Below, in pieces: positions 19,680 to 28,681 of a stretch of DNA of 64,000 bases (position 1 is the stretch's first letter; the number at the start of each line of letters is the position of its first letter). The DNA is from an uncultured Bacteroidaceae bacterium (GTDB taxonomy: Bacteria; Bacteroidota; Bacteroidia; Bacteroidales; Bacteroidaceae): positions 46,320-110,319 of the forward strand of contig CAYPZK010000002.1 of assembly GCA_964415385.1 (NCBI GenBank), read 5' to 3'. Below the pieces are notes generated by a model, which was not told the DNA's origin, did not search any database, and saw nothing but the letters and a program-made list of their open reading frames with translations. Both the position numbers and the translations under genes were made by a program.

Positions 19680-20852
19680 TTAATAGTCAAACGTGCCGTA
19701 TTCGCTGTGGATGGTGAGGCTCTTCCGCCCCTTCTCGATGTGACCTACCACCTGTGCGTCGATGTTGAACGAGCGGGAAATGTCGATGACCTGCTCTGCT
19801 GCCTCTGCCGGCACATAGACTTCGAGCCGGTGGCCCATGTTGAACACCTTGTACATCTCGTTCCAGTCCGTGCCGCTCTGTTGCTGGATGGCCTTGAAGA
19901 GGGGCGGGACGGGGAACATGTGGTCTTTCACTACCCGGCAGTCATCGCCCACGAAGTGGAGCACCTTGGTCTGTGCGCCGCCCGTGCAGTGTACCATGCC
20001 GTGAATCTGCGGTCGCAGCTGTTCGAGCAGTTGCTTGATGACGGGTGCGTAGGTGCGGGTGGGCGAAAGCACCAGCTGTCCTGCGTTCAGCGGCACGCCT
20101 TCCACGGAATCCTGCAGGGCATACGTGCCGCTGTACACCAGTTCCTTCGGGATGGCATGGTCGTAGCTCTCGGGGTATTTCATGGCCAGGTATTTGGCGA
20201 ACATGTCGTGACGTGCGCTGGTCAGTCCGTTGCTGCCCATGCCGCCGTTGTAGGCCGTCTCGTAGGTGGCCTGCCCGCAGCTGGACAGCCCTACGATGAC
20301 ATCGCCCGGTCGGATGTTCGCGTTGTCAATCACGTCGGCCCGCTTCATGCGGCACGTTACGGTGGAGTCCACGATGATGGTGCGCACCAAGTCGCCCACG
20401 TCGGCCGTCTCGCCGCCCGTAGCATAGATGCCGATGCCCATGTCGCGCATCTGTCGCAGCAGCTCATCCGTTCCGTTGATGATGGCCGCGATGACCTCTC
20501 CCGGAATGAGCGTCTTGTTGCGCCCGATGGTGCTGCTCACGAGGATGTTGTCCACGGCTCCCACGCAAAGCAGGTCGTCCGTGTTCATGACGAGCGCGTC
20601 CTGTGCGATGCCTTTCCACACGCTCAGGTCGCCCGTCTCGCGCCAGTACATGTAGGCCAGGCTCGACTTTGTGCCCGCTCCGTCGGCATGCATGACGTTG
20701 CAGTAGGCAGGGTCGCCACCAAGTATGTCAGGAATGATTTTGCAGAAAGCCTGCGGAAAGATACCCTTGTCGATGTTCTTGATGGCGTTGTGCACGTCTT
20801 CTTTCGCCGCGCTCACGCCGCGCGACATATACCTTTGTTGAGTTGTCATCAT
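19680..20852 (-). CDS. purM: AIR synthase-family protein (phosphoribosylformylglycinamidine cyclo-ligase-like)
   Basis: Start taken at MMTTQQRYMSRGVSAAKEDV (20852). A TACCTTTG box on the minus strand lies 25 nt upstream, so the ORF-track start at 20939 is inside or upstream of the promoter. Confidence 0.8.
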   Translation of the reverse strand: MMTTQQRYMSRGVSAAKEDVHNAIKNIDKGIFPQAFCKIIPDILGGDPAYCNVMHADGAGTKSSLAYMYWRETGDLSVWKGIAQDALVMNTDDLLCVGAVDNILVSSTIGRNKTLIPGEVIAAIINGTDELLRQMRDMGIGIYATGGETADVGDLVRTIIVDSTVTCRMKRADVIDNANIRPGDVIVGLSSCGQATYETAYNGGMGSNGLTSARHDMFAKYLAMKYPESYDHAIPKELVYSGTYALQDSVEGVPLNAGQLVLSPTRTYAPVIKQLLEQLRPQIHGMVHCTGGAQTKVLHFVGDDCRVVKDHMFPVPPLFKAIQQQSGTDWNEMYKVFNMGHRLEVYVPAEAAEQVIDISRSFNIDAQVVGHIEKGRKSLTIHSEYGTFDY

Positions 20853-20876
20853 GTCGGATTTAGAGTTCAATAGGTG

Positions 20877-20884
20877 CAAAGGTA
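20877..20884 (-). promoter_or_regulatory. -7 promoter box TACCTTTG (minus strand) for purM
   Basis: Exact TAnnTTTG match. Divergent with the box at 20928-20935. Confidence 0.5.
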
Positions 20885-20927
20885 ACGGAAAAAAACGAAA
20901 AGGATGGCATAAATTCCCAAAAAGTCG

Positions 20928-20935
20928 TAACTTTG
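20928..20935 (+). promoter_or_regulatory. -7 promoter box TAACTTTG for the 20976 gene
   Basis: Exact TAnnTTTG match, 41 nt upstream of ATG 20976. Confidence 0.5.
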
Positions 20936-20975
20936 CCACGGTTTTTCACCCTCTCTCCCAAAAACATCTTCTATC

Positions 20976-22268
20976 ATGATACCAAGAGCCATCTCCCTGC
21001 TCATTCTGCTCACACTCTCCGCCCTCAGCTCCGTCTCCGCACAGTCCTCAGGCGGAAAGACAGCCCCGGTGCCGAAACCCTACGAACCCAAGGCACTCCT
21101 GAAGTCGGTGAAAGCCCTCTACAAGTCCGGCTCCTACGCGCAAATCGACAAGGATCTCACCGCCGCCTTCGCCAGCTGGCCCGAAGCCGCCGCCGACGTG
21201 CGTCTCAACTTCTACGAGACCTCCGCCCACTATCAGCTGGCCGTGGCCGAGAATACCAAGATTTTTCTGAACAACAAGCCCGACACCGCCGCCTATTTCA
21301 CCCACGTGCTGGGTGTCTTCCGCTACGGAATGCGTTGCGATTCGCTCGACCATCTTCCTGATGCCCGAGGCCGTGTCCGTCCGCGCTACACCCGTCCCCT
21401 CACCCGCTGCGTGAGCCCTCTGTCCGGCAACCTGCTCAGCGGGGGTAAATATTTCTACAAGCAACGGCAGTACGCCACTGCCTACACCTATTTCGACACT
21501 TACCTGCGCTCCCTCGCCAACCCCCTCTGCTCCCCTTCTTCAGCAGTGGCTGGCGGAGACACCAATGCCGACAGCGTGGGCATCGCCCGCCTGGCCGTGA
21601 CCTCCGCCTACGGAGCCCGACGCTATGCCGATGTCCTCCACTGGCTGCCGCTGGCTCTCACCGACACCGCCGGTCAGGCTCCGTTGCTCGAACTGCAAGT
21701 CCAGTCGCTCCGCCAGACGGGCGACACGACCGCTTGTCTTGCCGCCCTCCGCAGCGCCTTTCGCCGTTGTCCTCTCCATCCCTTCTTCTCCGCCGCCCTC
21801 ATCGCCCACTACGACAGCCTGCACGACCACGCCGCCTCGCTCCGTGTGGTTGACACGCTCCTCACGCTCCGTCCCCGCAACCCCCGCTATTGGTATCTGC
21901 GCGGCCGTCTTCTGCAGACCCTCGTGCAGCCCGACTCCGCCGTCACCGCCTACCAGCGTGCCGCTGCCTTCGTCCCCACCGACACGGCCTCCGCTCCCGT
22001 CCTCGCCGCCGTCTATGCCGCCTTGGGCAGCGCATGGACCGACTGCGCTCACCGTTTCTTTGCCCGTGCCAACCTCACAATCGGTTCCAAGGGCTATGCC
22101 GCCAACCGCCGCCGCCTGCTTCAGCTCTACGACCACGCCCGCGAGGCCTTCGAGGAAGCCCGCCGGCTCGCTCCTGCTGACCCCTCCCTCTGGCGTGACG
22201 GACTCCGCGAAGCCTACTTCAAGCTCAACCGCGGCAGCGACCTCAAGGCCTTGGAAGCCTCACATTGA
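20976..22268 (+). CDS. secreted hypothetical protein, helical-repeat (TPR-like) appearance
   Basis: 430 aa with an N-terminal signal peptide (MIPRAISLLILLTLSALSSVSAQS). Ala/Leu-rich helical repeats. No family recognised. Confidence 0.6.
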   Translation: MIPRAISLLILLTLSALSSVSAQSSGGKTAPVPKPYEPKALLKSVKALYKSGSYAQIDKDLTAAFASWPEAAADVRLNFYETSAHYQLAVAENTKIFLNNKPDTAAYFTHVLGVFRYGMRCDSLDHLPDARGRVRPRYTRPLTRCVSPLSGNLLSGGKYFYKQRQYATAYTYFDTYLRSLANPLCSPSSAVAGGDTNADSVGIARLAVTSAYGARRYADVLHWLPLALTDTAGQAPLLELQVQSLRQTGDTTACLAALRSAFRRCPLHPFFSAALIAHYDSLHDHAASLRVVDTLLTLRPRNPRYWYLRGRLLQTLVQPDSAVTAYQRAAAFVPTDTASAPVLAAVYAALGSAWTDCAHRFFARANLTIGSKGYAANRRRLLQLYDHAREAFEEARRLAPADPSLWRDGLREAYFKLNRGSDLKALEASH

Positions 22269-22460
22269 CATCCCTTTATCTCCCCTTCCATGACCAATCT
22301 TCAATCTTTTCATCTTCAATTTGAAAGCTTCCCTTTAACATCCCTTCCATTTTCAATTGTCAATCTTGCCGGCAGCGACCAGTCAAGTTCTGCGGAGCAG
22401 ACTTCCAAAATCCGTCTTGAAAATCTCCGTTTCAGTCTGACTTTTTCCAAAACGGACGCA

Positions 22461-22483
22461 AGATTTTGCAAGCAAAATCTTTT
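22461..22483 (+). terminator. hairpin AGATTTTG-CAAG-CAAAATCT followed by T/A-rich run
   Basis: 8-bp stem and 4-nt loop read directly from the sequence, about 190 nt after the 22268 stop. Confidence 0.45.
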
Positions 22484-23010
22484 ATATATATTCTATCTAT
22501 ATGGGGCATAAAACGAAACGGTAGAGTGGGGGAGTTGGGAAAAGTGGGCTAAAGGTGTTTGTTTACAATGAGTTACGAGTGGATGGAGAAATGGGGCGAA
22601 AAAAACGAAACGGTTTTCATTGCTTTACATTGGCTTTACATCGGGAGGCTTCGAGGTGGCTGTTTTGAGGGTGGTTCTTTACATCAAGGCTTCGAAAACG
22701 GGCGAAATGATGGGGTAGGGGATGCTTCTACGCTGATGAGGCTTCAGGAAGCACGGAAATGGGCACAGAACACGCTGAAAATGGCTTTGCGGTGGCTTGG
22801 CCGTGAATGCTTGAAAGGGGCGGAAATATGGCGGGAAACGGCTGTAACAAAGCTAATTGGCGCGGTTTTGTAGTGCGGAAGATATGTGGAGGGAACGCTT
22901 TGGGTTCGTTTTGGGGCTTTGTGTGGGCTTTCTATGGCATAAAATGGCTTGCGAATAATGGTAAAACGCCGTTAAAACGGAATTATGGCGGCGTTGATTT
23001 GAATGCTGTG

Positions 23011-23038
23011 AGGGAGGGCTTGTCGCTCTCCCTTTTTT
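23011..23038 (+). terminator. hairpin AGGGAG-N11-CTCCCT followed by TTTTTT
   Basis: Read directly. It lies about 20 nt before the first GGGGTTACA repeat unit. Confidence 0.4.
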
Positions 23039-23066
23039 ATGCCCAAACGGTTCGTTTTTCGAGTTT

Positions 23067-23170
23067 GGGGTTACACTTGGGGTTACAGAGAGGGGTTACA
23101 TTTTAGGTTGTGAGAAAAACGAGTTTGGGGTTACATTTTTCACGAGTTTGGGGTTACATTAGGGGTTACA
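23067..23170 (+). repeat. six direct GGGGTTACA repeats, three of them within the longer unit CGAGTTTGGGGTTACA (candidate transposase-binding sites of the prophage left end)
   Basis: Copies at 23067, 23079, 23092, 23127, 23150 and 23162, all in the same orientation. They lie about 340 bp outside the repressor gene, the position Mu attL sites occupy. Confidence 0.6.
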
Positions 23171-23505
23171 TTTTAACGTATTTCGAGGGTGTTTCAGATG
23201 TGGAAACCAGCCCTTCGCCGCAAGTTCGTGGCGATTTTCGGGGTTTAAGGTGGGGGAAACTGCCCATTTGAAAACCGCTACACCTTATATATAATATATG
23301 CGCAAATGGCTTGATTACAGCGTGTTTGGCTTGTAATGCCCCTGTTTTGACCCCGAAAAGCGTGTGCGGAGGCTTTTCGGGGGTGTTTTGGGGTGTGCGG
23401 GGAGCGTGAGCGCGTGGTACGTGTGTGTGCGTGTGGATTGGGTGCGCCTGTGTGGTTGGTGCGGTTGGGGTTATCGTTTGCGCGTCCATGCGATGTAAAG
23501 CGTGG

Positions 23506-23904
23506 TTATCCGACAAGGGCAGACTCTGAAGAGGCGGCAGCGGAGGCATCGACCCCCCTGCGCCGTTCGAGTTCGTCTATCTGTGCCTTGAGCCTGCCGA
23601 TTTCTTCGGCTTGTTCGGTGATTTTTTCAAGAAGCTTGCTCGCGAAAGCATCGTGTTGTGCAGCGGTTTGTGTGGGCGAAGCAGTTGCGGATGGCTCGGA
23701 GGAGAGCATCTCTCCCCTACCCGTCAATAACCATGACGGAGATATATCTCCACATTTTGCGTATATGAGTTCGTTGTCAAACGTGTTCCGCGCAATCCAT
23801 GCACTTACGGTTTGTGGACTTACTCCCAGCATCTTGGCAAACTGCGCCTTATTTCCATTTGTGTAGTGGTCTATTAGCTGTGCCACCATAGTTTTTTTCT
23901 CCAT
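23506..23904 (-). CDS. phage CI-type HTH repressor
   Basis: 132 aa. NGNKAQFAKMLGVSPQTVSAWIARNTF...SPSWLLTGRGEM is the CI-repressor N-terminal HTH signature. C-terminal coiled coil. Divergent from the early operon. Confidence 0.8.
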   Translation of the reverse strand: MEKKTMVAQLIDHYTNGNKAQFAKMLGVSPQTVSAWIARNTFDNELIYAKCGDISPSWLLTGRGEMLSSEPSATASPTQTAAQHDAFASKLLEKITEQAEEIGRLKAQIDELERRRGVDASAAASSESALVG

Positions 23905-23950
23905 CTGAAAAGAAAATCTACGTTGTGCGGAAAAATAATCCGCGATTTGT

Positions 23951-23968
23951 TTTGTAGGTATCTACAAA
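23951..23968. promoter_or_regulatory. operator-like palindrome TTTGTAG-GTAT-CTACAAA inside the early promoter spacer
   Basis: 7-bp arms, located between a TTTG (-33-like) element and the TACCTTTG box. Confidence 0.45.
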
Positions 23969-23973
23969 TTGTT

Positions 23974-23981
23974 TACCTTTG
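23974..23981 (+). promoter_or_regulatory. early promoter -7 box TACCTTTG
   Basis: TTTG lies 20 nt upstream. The first early ORF starts at 24067. Confidence 0.55.
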
Positions 23982-24010
23982 CAGGCGAGTTAATGATATT
24001 AACGCCGCGC

Positions 24011-24018
24011 CAAAGGTA
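24011..24018 (-). promoter_or_regulatory. -7 box TACCTTTG on the minus strand (candidate repressor promoter, face-to-face with the early promoter)
   Basis: Reverse complement of CAAAGGTA. It lies to the right of the plus-strand box, so the two transcripts would overlap. Confidence 0.4.
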
Positions 24019-24066
24019 CGAAAAATTGGCGAGGTAAACGAATGTTAATGGTTAAAAGACAAAGCG

Positions 24067-24486
24067 ATGACAAAAGAAGAATTCGAAAAACGGACGGGTC
24101 TGAAGGTAAAGGCCGAGGTATTTGACAAGGTGCAAGACATCTACATGGCGTGTGGCGAAGGAATGAACAAGGACGGGTTCTGCGCCTTGTGGAAAGAGAA
24201 CAACTTCCGTGCGCTGCTGGACGCGGTGACCGGCGAGTGGAAAATCAGCGAGGGCGCCTACAACCTCGCCATGAAAAAGATCAAGGAGATGGAAGCCGAG
24301 CGTGAGTCTGACAACTGGGAGTTGGCGGAGCTGCTGCTTGGCAAGGCCGCCGCCCATCAGGACAGCGACCTGCGGCGTGAGGCGGTGAAGCTGATCGGCG
24401 AACGGAACGCCGTGCTGACGATGCTGCGGCTGAACCTGCCTCTACAGGAAGAGGACATGGAATACATCAAGAACCACTTAAAATAA
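24067..24486 (+). CDS. hypothetical early protein
   Basis: 139-aa ORF with balanced composition. First gene after the early promoter. Confidence 0.6.
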   Translation: MTKEEFEKRTGLKVKAEVFDKVQDIYMACGEGMNKDGFCALWKENNFRALLDAVTGEWKISEGAYNLAMKKIKEMEAERESDNWELAELLLGKAAAHQDSDLRREAVKLIGERNAVLTMLRLNLPLQEEDMEYIKNHLK

Positions 24487-24637
24487 TAAAAGATTATGGC
24501 AAAGTTATTTGCGCGAGAAATCGCCCCTGTGTTTGACGCAGAGTGTGAAGTGAAGGCGGTGAGGATAAACTACCGCGTGTGTGGAAGAACCGTGAAGACG
24601 GTGGAGGTTCCGGTGGCAAGCAGGAGAGCCGCAAGGT

Positions 24638-25051
24638 CTATGGTTTACTTTCCGAAAAGTCGTGAGGCTCGGAACGCCACAGGGCATCGATTATCGGGAT
24701 CATCGTCTCCTCGGAGTGGTCAGAGTGAACATAGACTTGCTCAGCTTGAGCGGCAGCGGCGGAACCTATTATTCTTGGTATGCCGCATTCTTGCAGCCGC
24801 CCCTGGATATAGGCTACGTCCATCAGAACTTGCAGCTGAAAGCGTCGGCGACTTATCTTGTCTTTCTCAGGAGTCGGCAGCTTGTCTGAGAAATCGTATG
24901 GTGCGAGATTCTGCCTCTCGAAATTCCACATCAGGTATTTCGCCAGCCAGACGGACTGGTCGTCGTCATTGAAAATGGTAGGAAGGAGTCCCATGAAGTA
25001 ATTGCGTAGAGCCTCTGTCTGGGCTTTTAGCATGATGAGTTCTGTGTTCAT
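24638..25051 (-). CDS. hypothetical protein, antisense-oriented insert in the early region
   Basis: 137-aa ORF with protein-like composition and lower local GC. The overlapping plus ORF 24496..24972 becomes R/S-rich (shadow-like) across it. Confidence 0.55.
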   Translation of the reverse strand: MNTELIMLKAQTEALRNYFMGLLPTIFNDDDQSVWLAKYLMWNFERQNLAPYDFSDKLPTPEKDKISRRRFQLQVLMDVAYIQGRLQECGIPRIIGSAAAAQAEQVYVHSDHSEETMIPIIDALWRSEPHDFSESKP

Positions 25052-25157
25052 TGCTGGTAAAAGTTGTAAACGGCTGTAAAGTTAGTGATTTCAGGCGATA
25101 AAGCAGAGCCCGGACGGAGGAAAGCAACATAAAAGAATCAATAAAACGAATAAAGAA

Positions 25158-25535
25158 ATGGCAAAGCGAATTTATGTGGAGGAGCGGGCGAAGGCTCACC
25201 TCCGGAGAGTGTTCAAGTGTTCGAACGTGATGGTGTGGAAAGCGCTGACGTTTGAGAGTGACAGCAAGCTGGCCCGCAGGATCCGCTACGTGGCCCTGAA
25301 GGAGCTGGGCGGCGTGGCGAGCTGGAAGCCTGCCGAGATGGAGACGACGCACGAGGAGGCGGAGAAGACGATGACGCAGACCTTCGGCGACAGGGTGAAG
25401 CTCGTTGCGAGCAAGGCGGAGCCTGAGGTGCTGGTATATGTGGACGGCAAGGTGGCTCGCCGCGAGAAATGCGAGAGCATCGCGTCGCTGATGTCGTTGC
25501 AGAACGAGGTGCAGTGTATGGCTATGAGCCTGTAG
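25158..25535 (+). CDS. hypothetical early protein (possible small DNA-binding protein upstream of the transposase)
   Basis: 125-aa ORF ending in TAG, 11 nt before the transposase ATG. Confidence 0.55.
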   Translation: MAKRIYVEERAKAHLRRVFKCSNVMVWKALTFESDSKLARRIRYVALKELGGVASWKPAEMETTHEEAEKTMTQTFGDRVKLVASKAEPEVLVYVDGKVARREKCESIASLMSLQNEVQCMAMSL

Positions 25536-25546
25536 GGAGGTGGCGT

Positions 25547-27664
25547 ATGGAATATTACGGCAAGATATTGTGCATCTCGTATGAAGACTTGACGTATGAC
25601 GACCGTCCTGCGGTTGTCGGCGGCGGGTTGGATTACAGCCGGAGCCGCTGTCTGGGCGGCAGGCGTCCCGAGACGCTTGCGCCTGACGTTCTTGCCCCCA
25701 TCATGACCGTTCCGAACTACAAGCAGTTGTGCAGGCGCGGGCAAATCAACGTGGTTCGCAGGGGCGGCGGCCTTGGCGAGAACGCACTTGTGGAGGTAGC
25801 CACGCTGCCTGTGAGGTTCAAGGAGCACATCAAGGAGAAATATGGAGAGATGGAACAGGACATACTGAAGGACTGGTTCGGGCAGCACTACCGCATCGAC
25901 GCGGAGGCGCGGAAGTTCTTCACGCAGTTCCGCTTTGATGACGGCGGCACGCTGCCGCCGGAGAAAGTGAACGAGTACACGGTGAACGCGTCGGCTTTGG
26001 AGGCCGTGGTTGCCGTGATGCGTGACACGAACATCATGCGCAAGGCGATGCACGGCCAGACGGTGAACTGGGGCGCGATGGCGGGAGCCATCAGCTATTA
26101 CAGGGAGGAGTTCGGCCACACGCTGCCGCTGAGCCCGAACAGGTTCAAGCAGCGCGTGTCGGCGTACCAGAAGGAGGGCTACGAGTCGCTGATCAGCAAG
26201 AAGTACCGGAACCGCAACTCGCAAAAGCGGACTGTGGAGGTGGTGAAATTAGTGCTGAGCCTTGACTGCCAGCCGGACGGCACGCGGCCGTTCAACACCG
26301 TTGTGGGCGAGGCTTATAACCGCTTCGTTACAGGCGAGGTGGAGGTGGTGGACCCCGTTACGGGTGAACTGTACGACCCGAAAGCGTTCGTGGACAAGAA
26401 GGGCAACCCGCTGGTGCTTAGCGCGGCGACCATCAGCAACATACTGAACAGCCCGGAACATAAGGCATTGAGGGCAAAATACCACGACACGGGATGGACG
26501 TTCAGTCAGACGTACAGGCCGCATCACCTGCGGCACAACCCGATGTTCGCGCTGAGCAAGATAAGTGCGGACGACCGAGACCTGCCGTTCTTGATGAAAG
26601 GGAGCCAGAGGGTACACGGGTACTTTATCTACGACGTGTTGAGCGGTTGTGTGATAGGCAAGGCATACGCGCGGAAGAAAGACGACAGCTTGTTTGTGGA
26701 GTGCGTGCGGGATATGTTCCGTCTGCTGCTTAGGGAAGGTTGGAACATGCCAGCCGAAATAGAGGTGGAGCACCACATCGTGAACCACTTCGCCGACGGC
26801 TTTATGAAGGCGCAGGTGCTGTTCCCGCTGGTAAGGTGGTGCAACCCCGGCAACAGCCAGGAAAAGAGCGCGGAGCATAAGAACAGGCAGTTCCGCTACG
26901 GCGTGGAGAAGCGTAACCATGCCAACACGGGCAGGTTCTACGCACGGCTGGAGGCCAACCGCCCCAAGGTGGAGAAGGTCTACGACGAGACAAACAACAA
27001 ATGGAAGGAGAAGGAATACACATGGGAAGAGATAGTGGCGAGCAACGGGCGAGACATTGACGAGTTCAACCACGAGCTGCACCCCGACCAGAAGCGTTTC
27101 AAGGGCATGACGCGCTGGGACGTGCTGACGATGATGCAGAACCCCGGCCTGAAGCCTATAGAGGAATGGTATCTGTACCGCTACATCGGCGAGAAGACCG
27201 AGACGACGATACGGAGGAACATGTACTGCACGGTGATGCATCAACAGTACGTGCTGCCAGAGCCGCAGGTGATACGAAAGCTGAAGCCCGGCAACACTAA
27301 GGTGGAGGCCTACTGGCTACCCGACGCGGACGGCGGTGTCGGCGAGGTGTACATCTGGCAGGACGACGAGTACATCTGCCGCTGCAAGCGGGCGGCAAGG
27401 TACAACACCGCCCGCGCGGAGCAGACGGAAGAGGACGTGGCGGCCTATACGGAGCAGGCCAAGTATGTGAGCCAGTTCGACAAGATGATGAGGGACGGCA
27501 AGATAAGCCCCGTGCTGGCATTGAAGAAAGCGGACGCGTCGGCGATAAGGCAGGTGGAGGCCAAGACCGTGCAGGGCGTACAGCCGCAGGAAGAGGCGGA
27601 CGACGACTACACGGACTACATGGACATGAGCCGCTACCGCAGGGAGGCGGTGGGCAGGATATGA
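25547..27664 (+). CDS. Mu-A-like DDE transposase/integrase-core protein
   Basis: ATG 25547 preceded by GGGAGG. 705 aa. Candidate catalytic acidic residues sit in ISADDRDLPF, IYDVLSGCV and EIEVEHH contexts. Followed by a MuB-like ATPase. Confidence 0.8.
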   Translation: MEYYGKILCISYEDLTYDDRPAVVGGGLDYSRSRCLGGRRPETLAPDVLAPIMTVPNYKQLCRRGQINVVRRGGGLGENALVEVATLPVRFKEHIKEKYGEMEQDILKDWFGQHYRIDAEARKFFTQFRFDDGGTLPPEKVNEYTVNASALEAVVAVMRDTNIMRKAMHGQTVNWGAMAGAISYYREEFGHTLPLSPNRFKQRVSAYQKEGYESLISKKYRNRNSQKRTVEVVKLVLSLDCQPDGTRPFNTVVGEAYNRFVTGEVEVVDPVTGELYDPKAFVDKKGNPLVLSAATISNILNSPEHKALRAKYHDTGWTFSQTYRPHHLRHNPMFALSKISADDRDLPFLMKGSQRVHGYFIYDVLSGCVIGKAYARKKDDSLFVECVRDMFRLLLREGWNMPAEIEVEHHIVNHFADGFMKAQVLFPLVRWCNPGNSQEKSAEHKNRQFRYGVEKRNHANTGRFYARLEANRPKVEKVYDETNNKWKEKEYTWEEIVASNGRDIDEFNHELHPDQKRFKGMTRWDVLTMMQNPGLKPIEEWYLYRYIGEKTETTIRRNMYCTVMHQQYVLPEPQVIRKLKPGNTKVEAYWLPDADGGVGEVYIWQDDEYICRCKRAARYNTARAEQTEEDVAAYTEQAKYVSQFDKMMRDGKISPVLALKKADASAIRQVEAKTVQGVQPQEEADDDYTDYMDMSRYRREAVGRI

Positions 27665-27802
27665 AAGACAACGCGTTTAGCATGGGACGGAAGCCCCGAG
27701 AGGCCGTAGGATGACAAACCGGAAAGACGGTTGGCAGCCCGGAAAGACGGGCATTTTAACGACAATCGAAAGCAATTCAAACAAGATAAAAGCAGCATTC
27801 AA

Positions 27803-28681
27803 ATGAGAATCACAGAAGACATCAAGCGCAGGATAGCGTCGGCGATAGAAGCCGACCGCAGGAACTATCCGAGCGACAACAAGCACGCCGTGAGCCTCGG
27901 CATCTCGGCGAGTGTGTACAACAGCATCAAAAAGGGCAACTGGGAGAAGCAGGTGAGCGACGCCGGCTGGGTGGGCATGGCCCGCCGGCTTGGCGTTACG
28001 CTTCACGAGGAGCAGCCATGGGCGGCTGCCGAGACGCCGACGTGGGTGTTCGTGAGCGAGCAGCTGCGGGTGTGCCAGGAGAGCGGTCTGAGCGCGATAC
28101 TGTGCGACATCCCGAACATCGGCAAGACGTTCACGGCCCGGGCATACGCCAAGAGCCACAGGAACGCCGTCTATATCGACTGCTCGCAGGTGAAGACGAA
28201 GCTGAAATTAGTGCGGAAGATCGCCAAGGAGTTCGGCGTGGGCAGCCTGGGCAGGTACAGCGACATCTACGACGACCTGGTGGAATACCTGCGGACGATA
28301 GACACGCCGCTGGTGATACTGGACGAGGCGGGCGACCTGCAATACGAGGCGTTCCTGGAGCTGAAAGCCCTGTGGAACGCGACGGAGCGTTGCTGCGGCT
28401 GGTACATGATGGGCGCGGACGGGCTGCGGGCCAAGATAGGCCGTAACGTGGAGAGCCTGAAGGTGGGCTATGCGGAGATGCTGAGCCGCTTCGGCGACAC
28501 GTTCAGCAGGGTTACGCCGGAGGACGAGCGCGAGCGCAGGAAGTTCCTGTTGGCGCAGGCCGCCATCATCGCGAAGGTGAACGCGCCGCAGGGCACGGAC
28601 GTGATGCGCATCGTGAACGCGACGGGCGGCGGCCTGAGGCGCGTATATACCGAGATAGAGAAACTGAAGAGAGAGGCGTAA
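27803..28681 (+). CDS. MuB-like AAA+ transposition ATPase
   Basis: ATG 27803 (MRITEDIKRR...). N-terminal HTH-like region. Walker A-like DIPNIGKTF and Walker B VILDEAGD. Confidence 0.75.
   Translation: MRITEDIKRRIASAIEADRRNYPSDNKHAVSLGISASVYNSIKKGNWEKQVSDAGWVGMARRLGVTLHEEQPWAAAETPTWVFVSEQLRVCQESGLSAILCDIPNIGKTFTARAYAKSHRNAVYIDCSQVKTKLKLVRKIAKEFGVGSLGRYSDIYDDLVEYLRTIDTPLVILDEAGDLQYEAFLELKALWNATERCCGWYMMGADGLRAKIGRNVESLKVGYAEMLSRFGDTFSRVTPEDERERRKFLLAQAAIIAKVNAPQGTDVMRIVNATGGGLRRVYTEIEKLKREA

Noticed and set aside
22559-23106. ORFs 22559..22873 and 22807..23106 (plus) and 23166..23549 (minus) as genes in the host-phage gap.
   Set aside because: W/G-rich or P/T/H-rich compositions are produced by the extreme G/C strand bias. 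There are no motifs, and they overlap repeats and a terminator.
23067-23170. Possible CRISPR array (GGGGTTACA repeats). The same question was asked of the AAAGCG array at 60393-60478.
   Set aside because: The repeats are only 6-16 bp with irregular 12-35 bp spacing. There are no cas genes and no spacer-like unique units of CRISPR size.
23067-23170. G-quadruplex formation by the GGGG runs (telomere-like TTGGGG look).
   Set aside because: Loops between G-runs are 8-27 nt, longer than canonical G4 loops. The repeat unit extends beyond the G-run (…GGGGTTACA), which fits protein-binding sites better.
24496-24972. 158-aa plus-strand ORF after the first early gene.
   Set aside because: Only the first ~50 residues look protein-like. 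The rest is R/S-rich and fully overlaps the better minus-strand ORF 24638..25051. It may reflect a short unannotated peptide, but this cannot be supported.
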